A DNA stretch of 32,000 bases from Aquifex aeolicus VF5 (GTDB lineage Bacteria; Aquificota; Aquificia; Aquificales; Aquificaceae). Positions 1 through 7,808 of this stretch are shown here, piece by piece. Position 1 is the first letter of the stretch. Every line of letters begins with the position of its first letter. The notes beneath the pieces were generated by a model, which did no database searches, was not told where the DNA came from, and worked only from the letters and a program-made list of their open reading frames with translations. A program made the position numbers and the translations under genes. The DNA is taken from the NCBI RefSeq assembly GCF_000008625.1, contig NC_000918.1, positions 1,380,001 through 1,412,000 of the forward strand, written 5' to 3'.

Positions 1-137
1 GAGTATACCTTTATAAAATTTTTACCCTTGATTTTCAATCCTTTCAACTTTATCGCATCATGATTTCATTTCATCACACCATCAAAACATCACTTATCAA
101 GACCCACCACCCCTATTCAGTTGCCAAGGAGCCGGCT

Positions 138-158
138 GGGGCTTTTTAGCCCCTTTTT
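138..158 (+). terminator. Rho-independent-type hairpin (GGGGC-TTTTTA-GCCCC) followed by T5
   Basis: The stem is 138-142 paired with 149-153, and a T-run follows at 154-158. The tail exists only in the + orientation. The hairpin lies 20 nt beyond the purH stop on the opposite strand. Confidence 0.45.
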
Positions 159-177
159 AAAAGTATATCACATATCT

Positions 178-1698
178 TTAATGTTTAAAGTGTCTTAAAC
201 CTGTGAATATCATCGCTATTCCGTGTTCATTGCACGCATCTATTACTTCCTGATCTCTTATAGAACCGCCGGGTTGGATTACCGCAGTTATTCCTTCTTT
301 AGCCATTATGTCTATACTGTCTCTGAACGGGAAGAAAGCTTCCGAGGCTACCACGGCACCTTTGAGGTCAAAACCAAACTCCTTGGCTTTGTTTATAGCA
401 CATTTCAAACTGTCAACTCTGGAAACGTTTCCCGAGCCTATGCCGAGAGTTTGTCCGTTTTTGGCTATAACTACGGCATTTGACTTTGTGTGTTTTACCA
501 CTTTCCAAGCGAATAACAGATCTTCCATTTCTTCTGCCGTAGGTTCTCTTTTCGTGACCACTTGGAGTTTTTCGTAAAGTACCGTGTCTTCGTCCTGAAG
601 GAGGTAACCGCCGCTAACTTTTTTCACGTCAAAGGCGTGTTGAAAGCCGAAGAACCTTATGACTCTTAGATTTTTCTTTCTTGATAATTCCCTTAAAGCT
701 TCTTCGTCGTAATCGGGGGCAATCACAACTTCAAGGAACATGGAGGTTAATTCTTTTGCGGTTTCCCCGTCAACCTTATCGTTAAAGGCCACTATCCCCC
801 CGAATGCGGATACGGGATCGGCTTCCTTTGCCCTCAAAAACGCTTCTTTTACGGAAGAGCCGAGAGCTACGCCACAGGGATTGTTATGTTTTATGATTGC
901 ACACACAGTTTGATTGGGAAATTCCGCAACTAACCTAACCGCGGAATCGGCGTCCAGATAATTGTTAAATGACATTTCCTTTCCTTGAAGGACCTGAGCT
1001 TTAGTTATTCCTATATCTTCCAAAGGGTTTTCGTAAAGGAAACCTCTTTGATGGGGGTTTTCTCCGTACCTCAGTTTCTGCATACGCTTAAGGGGGAGAG
1101 CTTCTTCCTTCCCGAAAGTATCTATGGAATAGAGCTTCTTAAAGGCTTGAGATATTACACCGTCGTAGTAGGCGGTATGGGAAAAGGCTTTCCATGCAAG
1201 GTAAGCCCTGTCCTGAAGTGTCAGGTTTCCCTTCTTTAACTTTTCTATTACCCAGTCGTAATCTTCCGGATCTACGAGGATGACAACCCTGAAGAAGTTT
1301 TTTGCAGCCGCCCTTATGAGCGTAGGTCCCCCGATGTCTATAAATTCCATTAAGTCTTTATCCGTTAAACCTTCCTTTAATTTCTCTTCAAAGGGGTACA
1401 GGTTTACGACGACAACGTCTATGGGTTTTATTCCATGCTTTTCTATTTCTTCCTTGTCCTTTTCTACCCAGTCTCTGAATAAAATTCCTCCGTGAACTAC
1501 AGGGTGGAGGGTCTTAACCCTTCCCTCAAGTATTTCGGGAAAACCTGTAATTTCGGAAACCTCTTTCACGGAGATGCCTTTCTCTCTGAGGTACTTCGCC
1601 GTTCCTCCCGTTGATACGATTTCGTAGCCGAGTTCCTGAAGAGCTTTTGCCAGTTTGTCTATTCCTTCCTTCCTGTATACGGATATTATCGCCCTCAT
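178..1698 (-). CDS. purH: Bifunctional AICAR formyltransferase / IMP cyclohydrolase
   Basis: Full-length 506-aa ORF. It has an N-terminal MGS-like domain (VSTGGTAKYL, HPVVHGGIL) and a C-terminal AICARFT region (KHNNPCG, QPGGSIRD). Confidence 0.95.
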   Translation of the reverse strand: MRAIISVYRKEGIDKLAKALQELGYEIVSTGGTAKYLREKGISVKEVSEITGFPEILEGRVKTLHPVVHGGILFRDWVEKDKEEIEKHGIKPIDVVVVNLYPFEEKLKEGLTDKDLMEFIDIGGPTLIRAAAKNFFRVVILVDPEDYDWVIEKLKKGNLTLQDRAYLAWKAFSHTAYYDGVISQAFKKLYSIDTFGKEEALPLKRMQKLRYGENPHQRGFLYENPLEDIGITKAQVLQGKEMSFNNYLDADSAVRLVAEFPNQTVCAIIKHNNPCGVALGSSVKEAFLRAKEADPVSAFGGIVAFNDKVDGETAKELTSMFLEVVIAPDYDEEALRELSRKKNLRVIRFFGFQHAFDVKKVSGGYLLQDEDTVLYEKLQVVTKREPTAEEMEDLLFAWKVVKHTKSNAVVIAKNGQTLGIGSGNVSRVDSLKCAINKAKEFGFDLKGAVVASEAFFPFRDSIDIMAKEGITAVIQPGGSIRDQEVIDACNEHGIAMIFTGLRHFKH

Positions 1699-1710
1699 TT
1701 GTAAAACATC

Positions 1711-3000
1711 TTACCTCAGCAACCTCAGTATGTCGTTTATGAACACGAAAATCGTGAGGGTTATGATTATGGCAAGTCCTACCCTTTGCCAGTACTCCTT
1801 GAACTTTTCAGGAAGAGGTCTTCCCCTTAACCACTCTATGGCAAACAGCAGTATCAGTCCACCGTCGAGTATGGGTAGGGGAATGAGGTTAAAAATACCA
1901 AGTTGAAGTGAAATGAAAGCCATCATAACGAGGTACGGGATAAATCCGCTCTGGGCGGCCTGTCCCGCTATTTGTGCTATCGCTATAGGTCCCCCGAGAG
2001 TCTGGAAAGAAACCTTACCGGTTATAAGCCCTGCTATGGTTTTGAGTGTAAGAACCGTGAGTTCCCAAGTTCTGTTTACCGCGCTCGCCAGAGCCTCTCC
2101 GAAGGGCTTTTTCTCGACTACGGTTTCGGTTTTCGGAAACAAGCCTATGAAGTAAGTTCCAGTTTTCGGATCTTTTGCCGGAATTAATTCTTTCTCAATC
2201 ATTTTTCCGTTTCTAAGAATTTTGAGTTTTATAGCTTTCCCCTGACTTTTTCTTACTTCTTCTACGAGTTCGTACCACGTGTTTATCTTCTTTCCGTTTA
2301 CCTCAAGTATTAAGTCCCCCGGTTTTATGCCAACTTGATCTGCGGGTGAGCCTTTCTTTACCCCCCCGACCACGGGTTTTACTAATGGGGCTATGCCGAG
2401 TTCTTCACCCTTTTGTACGTTTGGGACCTTTATAGTTAGATGTAAAACTTCGCCGTTCCTTTCTAAAAATAATGTAGTTTCTTTAACACCGTCTAAGGAT
2501 AGTCTTATCAGTGCATCTCTTAAATCTTCCCAGGTTCTTACTTCGTAGCCGTTTATCTTTATTATCTTGTCTCCCGGTTTTATCCCTATTTTTTGGGCTA
2601 TTGAGTCCCTTTGTACATATCCTACAACTACTGGTTCCTTTAAATACTTGGGAACTTCTACGCCCGCGGTGTAAACAAGGGCAAAAACGAGTATCGTAAA
2701 CAGAAAGTTAAATAAAGGTCCTCCGAGTGCTATGAGTATCTTCTGCCAGGGTTTTTTAGTGGAGAACGCCCTCGGATCATGAACATTTTCCTCTTCTCCG
2801 TAGAGCTTTACGTATCCTCCAAGGGGAAGGGCTGCTATCTGGTATACAGTTTCTCCCCACTGTCTCCTGAATATAGGAGGACCAAACCCTATTGAAAATA
2901 TCTCTACCTTTACCCTGAAGAGTTTTGCCATTAAAAAGTGACCGAACTCGTGAACCCAAACGAGGACACCTATTAGAATTAAAAAGGCTATTAAACCCAT
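1711..3000 (-). CDS. rseP: Site-2 zinc metalloprotease, RseP family
   Basis: HEFGH zinc motif near the N-terminus within a TM segment. Two PDZ-like repeats ([26 protein letters not shown]). C-terminal [11 protein letters not shown] motif. Confidence 0.92.
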   Translation of the reverse strand: MGLIAFLILIGVLVWVHEFGHFLMAKLFRVKVEIFSIGFGPPIFRRQWGETVYQIAALPLGGYVKLYGEEENVHDPRAFSTKKPWQKILIALGGPLFNFLFTILVFALVYTAGVEVPKYLKEPVVVGYVQRDSIAQKIGIKPGDKIIKINGYEVRTWEDLRDALIRLSLDGVKETTLFLERNGEVLHLTIKVPNVQKGEELGIAPLVKPVVGGVKKGSPADQVGIKPGDLILEVNGKKINTWYELVEEVRKSQGKAIKLKILRNGKMIEKELIPAKDPKTGTYFIGLFPKTETVVEKKPFGEALASAVNRTWELTVLTLKTIAGLITGKVSFQTLGGPIAIAQIAGQAAQSGFIPYLVMMAFISLQLGIFNLIPLPILDGGLILLFAIEWLRGRPLPEKFKEYWQRVGLAIIITLTIFVFINDILRLLR

Positions 3001-3410
3001 TACTTTTCTCCCAGAACTACCACTATGACTTTCCTCTCTCTGGGACCGTCAAAGTCCGCCAGGAATATGGACTCCCAAGTTCCCAGAGCCAGTTCTCCGT
3101 CTATTATAGGAATTACTCTTGAGTTTCCTATGATTGCGCTCCTTATGTGGGCTGCGGAGTTTCCTTCCATGTGGGCATAACTTGGGTCGTTCCAGGGGAT
3201 TAACTTCTCAAGGGAATACACAATATCCCTCACGACGTCCGGATCAGCCCCTTCGTTTACGAAAACACAGGCAGTGGTGTGTGGTGTGTAAACGACGCAT
3301 ATTCCCTCTCTCACCCCGGACTTTTTAACCACCTGATCAACCTGCTGAGTTATGTTCACTATACTGGTGTGTTTTGTGGTCCTTACTCTAAGAACTTCCT
3401 TCATGCTCAA
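3000..3410 (-). CDS. yjbQ: YjbQ/UPF0047 family protein (secondary thiamine-phosphate synthase-like)
   Basis: Family-typical sequence over the full 136 aa ([32 protein letters not shown]). The start could be the third codon (3404). The stop overlaps the rseP ATG as TAATG. Confidence 0.85.
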   Translation of the reverse strand: MSMKEVLRVRTTKHTSIVNITQQVDQVVKKSGVREGICVVYTPHTTACVFVNEGADPDVVRDIVYSLEKLIPWNDPSYAHMEGNSAAHIRSAIIGNSRVIPIIDGELALGTWESIFLADFDGPRERKVIVVVLGEK

Positions 3411-3993
3411 GGAAATTATACCTCTCTTTTACCTTTTTAATTAACCCTTCGTCCTCGCACTTACCTATAAATTCTTCAAACTCCTTCTTTAAGTTTTCAA
3501 GGTGTCTCTTTTTTGCCTCTTCCGTTTTTGGTTTTTCCGCCTGTATCTTGTGTCCTCCTTCCATCAAGCCCTCGGGTATGTACCAGTCCCTGAAGTAGGT
3601 GTATCCGAGCTTTAAAAGTTCAAATCCGAGCCTTGAGAGTGCGGGTGGAACCCCCTTTTGTAACTCGTAAGTAGTTTCTTTGTCTTCAAAGTACTCCACG
3701 AAAATCCTTCCGAAATGCTCACTTAAGAATTCGTAAAGTTTTCTTTCTGCTTCGCTTCCGAAAAATACGTTCCTCAGATTCGGATTTACGCCGAAGACCT
3801 CCACCCAGGGTTGCCAGTAAGGTTTTCTTCCGAGGAACACTTTAAGCGTTAAAAGAGGTTTACTTCCAAGGGAAAGGTCAAAGTTGAACTCCTCTTTAAA
3901 CCTTCCTTGGGATTTCCTTACGAGCCTTATTTCTCCTTCTTCGGAATTTATACCATTTTCCAAGGTTTTTAAAAGCTCTTCATACTTCACCAT
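3388..3993 (-). CDS. Hypothetical protein, 201 aa, no family confidently recognised
   Basis: Long ORF with thermophile-like composition that leads the yjbQ-rseP-purH string. There is no SD; the ATG lies 17 nt from the divergent polA ATG. Confidence 0.7.
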   Translation of the reverse strand: MVKYEELLKTLENGINSEEGEIRLVRKSQGRFKEEFNFDLSLGSKPLLTLKVFLGRKPYWQPWVEVFGVNPNLRNVFFGSEAERKLYEFLSEHFGRIFVEYFEDKETTYELQKGVPPALSRLGFELLKLGYTYFRDWYIPEGLMEGGHKIQAEKPKTEEAKKRHLENLKKEFEEFIGKCEDEGLIKKVKERYNFLEHEGSS

Positions 3994-4001
3994 AATATAA
4001 A
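3993..4001. promoter_or_regulatory. A/T core TAATATAAA between divergent start codons (candidate back-to-back -10 elements)
   Basis: The whole intergenic spacer is 17 nt of A/T-rich DNA. TATAAA lies at -15..-10 of polA and TAATTT at -11..-6 of the minus-strand gene. Neither gene has an SD. Confidence 0.3.
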
Positions 4002-4010
4002 TTAAAAGCT

Positions 4011-5735
4011 ATGGATTTTGAATACGTAACGGGAGAAGAGGGATTAAAAAAGGCAATAAAAAGGCTCGAAAATTCTCCATACCTTTACCTGGATACGGAA
4101 ACCACAGGAGACAGGATAAGGCTCGTACAAATCGGAGACGAAGAAAACACCTACGTTATTGACCTCTACGAAATTCAGGATATAGAACCTCTGAGGAAAT
4201 TAATAAACGAAAGGGGGATAGTAGGGCACAACCTTAAGTTCGATCTTAAGTACCTCTACAGGTACGGGATATTTCCCTCGGCAACGTTTGACACTATGAT
4301 AGCGAGCTACCTCCTCGGATACGAGAGACACTCCCTCAATCACATAGTTTCAAACCTACTCGGATATTCCATGGACAAGAGTTATCAGACTTCCGACTGG
4401 GGAGCGAGCGTTCTGAGCGACGCTCAGCTCAAGTACGCTGCAAACGACGTTATAGTCCTCAGAGAACTCTTCCCTAAGATGAGGGACATGTTAAACGAGC
4501 TAGACGCTGAGAGGGGAGAGGAACTGCTCAAGACTAGAACGGCAAAGATTTTCGATCTGAAGAGTCCCGTAGCAATAGTGGAAATGGCTTTCGTAAGGGA
4601 AGTTGCAAAACTCGAGATAAACGGCTTTCCCGTGGACGTAGAAGAGCTAACCAACAAGTTAAAAGCTGTGGAAAGGGAAACCCAGAAGAGGATACAGGAG
4701 TTTTACATAAAGTACAGAGTTGACCCTCTCTCTCCGAAACAGCTCGCCTCACTCCTGACGAAGAAGTTTAAACTGAACCTTCCCAAGACTCCTAAAGGGA
4801 ACGTATCTACAGACGACAAGGCTCTTACTTCCTATCAGGACGTAGAACCCGTAAAACTCGTTCTGGAAATAAGAAAGCTTAAGAAGATCGCGGACAAGTT
4901 AAAGGAGTTAAAAGAACACTTGAAGAACGGGAGAGTTTACCCGGAGTTCAAGCAAATAGGAGCTGTAACGGGAAGGATGTCCTCCGCACACCCAAATATC
5001 CAGAACATACACAGGGATATGAGAGGAATTTTCAAGGCGGAGGAGGGAAATACTTTCGTCATTTCGGACTTTTCTCAGATAGAGCTCAGGATTGCGGCCG
5101 AATACGTAAAGGACCCGCTTATGCTGGACGCCTTCAAAAAGGGAAAGGACATGCACAGGTACACCGCTTCAGTGGTACTCGGAAAGAAAGAGGAAGAAAT
5201 AACAAAAGAGGAGAGACAGCTCGCAAAAGCTATAAACTTCGGTCTCATATACGGCATTTCCGCTAAAGGGCTTGCAGAATACGCAAAGCTTGGTTACGGC
5301 GTTGAAATTTCTTTAGAAGAAGCTCAGGTTTTGAGAGAGAGGTTTTTCAAGAACTTCAAAGCTTTCAAAGAGTGGCACGACAGAGTTAAGAAAGAACTAA
5401 AGGAAAAGGGAGAGGTAAAAGGTCATACGCTTCTTGGAAGGAGATTTTCCGCAAATACCTTTAACGACGCTGTAAATTACCCCATACAGGGAACGGGTGC
5501 GGACCTACTAAAACTGGCAGTTCTACTTTTTGACGCAAACCTCCAGAAAAAGGGAATAGATGCAAAGCTCGTGAACCTCGTGCACGACGAGATAGTCGTA
5601 GAGTGCGAAAAGGAAAAAGCGGAAGAAGTAAAAGAAATACTCGAAAAATCCATGAAAACGGCGGGAAAGATAATACTGAAAGAGGTTCCCGTGGAAGTAG
5701 AAAGCGTTATAAACGAAAGGTGGACGAAAGATTAA
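4011..5735 (+). CDS. polA: DNA polymerase I, Klenow-like (3'-5' exonuclease plus polymerase domains, no 5' nuclease domain)
   Basis: Exo motifs are YLDTETTG, GHNLKFDLKYL and YAANDV. Pol motif A is DFSQIELR, motif B is RQLAKAINFGLIYG, and motif C is VHDEIVVE. At 574 aa it is too short to include a 5' nuclease domain. Confidence 0.95.
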   Translation: MDFEYVTGEEGLKKAIKRLENSPYLYLDTETTGDRIRLVQIGDEENTYVIDLYEIQDIEPLRKLINERGIVGHNLKFDLKYLYRYGIFPSATFDTMIASYLLGYERHSLNHIVSNLLGYSMDKSYQTSDWGASVLSDAQLKYAANDVIVLRELFPKMRDMLNELDAERGEELLKTRTAKIFDLKSPVAIVEMAFVREVAKLEINGFPVDVEELTNKLKAVERETQKRIQEFYIKYRVDPLSPKQLASLLTKKFKLNLPKTPKGNVSTDDKALTSYQDVEPVKLVLEIRKLKKIADKLKELKEHLKNGRVYPEFKQIGAVTGRMSSAHPNIQNIHRDMRGIFKAEEGNTFVISDFSQIELRIAAEYVKDPLMLDAFKKGKDMHRYTASVVLGKKEEEITKEERQLAKAINFGLIYGISAKGLAEYAKLGYGVEISLEEAQVLRERFFKNFKAFKEWHDRVKKELKEKGEVKGHTLLGRRFSANTFNDAVNYPIQGTGADLLKLAVLLFDANLQKKGIDAKLVNLVHDEIVVECEKEKAEEVKEILEKSMKTAGKIILKEVPVEVESVINERWTKD

Positions 5736-5745
5736 TATAATCCTT

Positions 5746-6363
5746 ATGCTTAAACTCAAGTTCAACGAAGAAGGACTCATTCCCGTAATCGCTCAGGACT
5801 ACAGAACGGGCGAAGTAAGAATGCTCGCCTACGCAAACGAAGAAGCTATAAAAAAGACTCTGGAGACGGGATACGCCCATTATTACTCAAGGAGCAGGAA
5901 AAAGATATGGAAAAAAGGGGAGACCTCGGGAGAACTCCAGAAGGTAATTGAAGTAAGAGTGGACTGCGACGAAGATGCACTAATCTACGTAATAGAGCAA
6001 GAAAAGGACAGGGCATGTCACACGGGTGAGAGAAACTGCTTCTTCAGAGACATAGAAGGAAACAAAGTGGAAAAACCACTTCCCTTTGAAGTACTTCCCA
6101 GATTACAGGACGTGATAAGGGAAAAAATAGAAAGAAAGGAAGAAAACTCTTACACTGCAAAGTTGGTAAGCCAAGGGAAGGAAAGAGTGTTCCAGAAGTT
6201 CGGAGAAGAAGCCGTGGAAACCCTGATAGCCTTAATGAAAGGAGAAAAGGAAGAGGTGATATACGAGAGTGCGGATATGCTGTACACCTTTCTCGTATCC
6301 CTGAGCGTAAGCGGGATAGACATAAAGGAGGTGATGGAGGAACTCATAAGACGCTTTAAGTGA
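5746..6363 (+). CDS. hisIE: Bifunctional phosphoribosyl-AMP cyclohydrolase / phosphoribosyl-ATP pyrophosphatase
   Basis: The HisI part has SRSRKKIWKKGETSG and CDEDALIY...ACHTGERNCFF. The C-terminal HisE part has SYTAKLVSQG and EEAVETLIA. Confidence 0.92.
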   Translation: MLKLKFNEEGLIPVIAQDYRTGEVRMLAYANEEAIKKTLETGYAHYYSRSRKKIWKKGETSGELQKVIEVRVDCDEDALIYVIEQEKDRACHTGERNCFFRDIEGNKVEKPLPFEVLPRLQDVIREKIERKEENSYTAKLVSQGKERVFQKFGEEAVETLIALMKGEKEEVIYESADMLYTFLVSLSVSGIDIKEVMEELIRRFK

Positions 6364-6583
6364 CGCCTGCGGGCTCTTTTGCCCTCTCTCCCAGTGCCAG
6401 CCACCTGTAATCCACGTTGAATCGTTTCGCTATGAATACGAGCGTAGCGTCACAAGGTCTGGAGATACCCTTCTCTATCTCCTCGAGCTTCTTTGTGGAA
6501 ATGCCTATAGCCTTAGCGAACTCCTCCAAGGACATTCCCCTTTCTTCTCTGATCTTCCTTATCCTCTCTCCCACTCCAATCAT
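6356..6583 (-). CDS. Small XRE-family helix-turn-helix transcriptional regulator (75 aa)
   Basis: N-terminal HTH pattern IRKIREERGMSLEEFAKAIGISTKKLEEIEKG. Strong SD (GGAGGAGGTGG) upstream. Confidence 0.8.
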   Translation of the reverse strand: MIGVGERIRKIREERGMSLEEFAKAIGISTKKLEEIEKGISRPCDATLVFIAKRFNVDYRWLALGERAKEPAGVT

Positions 6584-6623
6584 GGCTCCACCTCCTCCCT
6601 TTTTAATTTAAAATTTTAAGGAA

Positions 6624-7808
6624 ATGAGAAAAGGACTTGCAAGTAGGGTAAGTCACCTAAAACCTTCCCCCACGCTGACCATAACCGCAAAAGCAAAAGA
6701 ATTAAGGGCTAAAGGAGTGGACGTTATAGGTTTTGGAGCGGGAGAACCTGACTTCGACACACCCGACTTCATAAAGGAAGCCTGTATAAGGGCTTTAAGG
6801 GAAGGAAAGACCAAGTACGCTCCCTCCGCGGGAATACCAGAGCTCAGAGAAGCTATAGCTGAAAAACTACTGAAAGAAAACAAAGTTGAGTACAAACCTT
6901 CAGAGATAGTCGTTTCCGCAGGAGCGAAAATGGTTCTCTTCCTCATATTCATGGCTATACTGGACGAAGGAGACGAGGTTTTACTACCTAGCCCTTACTG
7001 GGTAACTTACCCCGAACAGATAAGGTTCTTCGGAGGGGTTCCCGTTGAGGTTCCTCTAAAGAAAGAGAAAGGATTTCAATTAAGTCTGGAAGATGTGAAA
7101 GAAAAGGTTACGGAGAGAACAAAAGCTATAGTCATAAACTCTCCGAACAACCCCACTGGTGCTGTTTACGAAGAGGAGGAACTTAAGAAAATAGCGGAGT
7201 TTTGCGTGGAGAGGGGCATTTTCATAATTTCCGATGAGTGCTATGAGTACTTCGTTTACGGTGATGCAAAATTTGTTAGCCCTGCCTCTTTCTCGGATGA
7301 AGTAAAGAACATAACCTTCACGGTAAACGCCTTTTCGAAGAGCTATTCCATGACTGGTTGGCGAATAGGTTATGTAGCGTGCCCCGAAGAGTACGCAAAA
7401 GTGATAGCGAGTCTTAACAGCCAGAGTGTTTCCAACGTCACTACCTTTGCCCAGTATGGAGCTCTTGAGGCCTTGAAAAATCCAAAGTCTAAAGATTTTG
7501 TAAACGAAATGAGAAATGCTTTTGAAAGGAGAAGGGATACGGCTGTAGAAGAGCTTTCTAAAATTCCAGGTATGGATGTGGTAAAACCCGAAGGTGCCTT
7601 TTACATATTTCCGGACTTCTCCGCTTACGCTGAGAAACTGGGTGGTGATGTGAAACTCTCGGAGTTCCTTCTGGAAAAGGCTAAGGTTGCGGTGGTTCCC
7701 GGTTCGGCCTTCGGAGCTCCCGGATTTTTGAGGCTTTCTTACGCCCTTTCCGAGGAAAGACTCGTTGAGGGTATAAGGAGAATAAAGAAAGCCCTTGAAG
7801 AGATCTAA
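6624..7808 (+). CDS. aspC: Aspartate / class I aminotransferase
   Basis: PLP-lysine motif SKSYSMTGWRIGY, plus NSPNNPTG and a C-terminal RLSYA motif. 394 aa. Confidence 0.92.
   Translation: MRKGLASRVSHLKPSPTLTITAKAKELRAKGVDVIGFGAGEPDFDTPDFIKEACIRALREGKTKYAPSAGIPELREAIAEKLLKENKVEYKPSEIVVSAGAKMVLFLIFMAILDEGDEVLLPSPYWVTYPEQIRFFGGVPVEVPLKKEKGFQLSLEDVKEKVTERTKAIVINSPNNPTGAVYEEEELKKIAEFCVERGIFIISDECYEYFVYGDAKFVSPASFSDEVKNITFTVNAFSKSYSMTGWRIGYVACPEEYAKVIASLNSQSVSNVTTFAQYGALEALKNPKSKDFVNEMRNAFERRRDTAVEELSKIPGMDVVKPEGAFYIFPDFSAYAEKLGGDVKLSEFLLEKAKVAVVPGSAFGAPGFLRLSYALSEERLVEGIRRIKKALEEI

Noticed and set aside
60-149. A 29-codon ORF (MISFHHTIKTSLIKTHHPYSVAKEPAGAF) that might be a His-containing leader peptide.
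   Set aside because: It has no SD, the His codons are not consecutive, it is not upstream of any his or other biosynthetic operon, and its stop sits in the terminator loop. There is not enough support for a coding or attenuator call.
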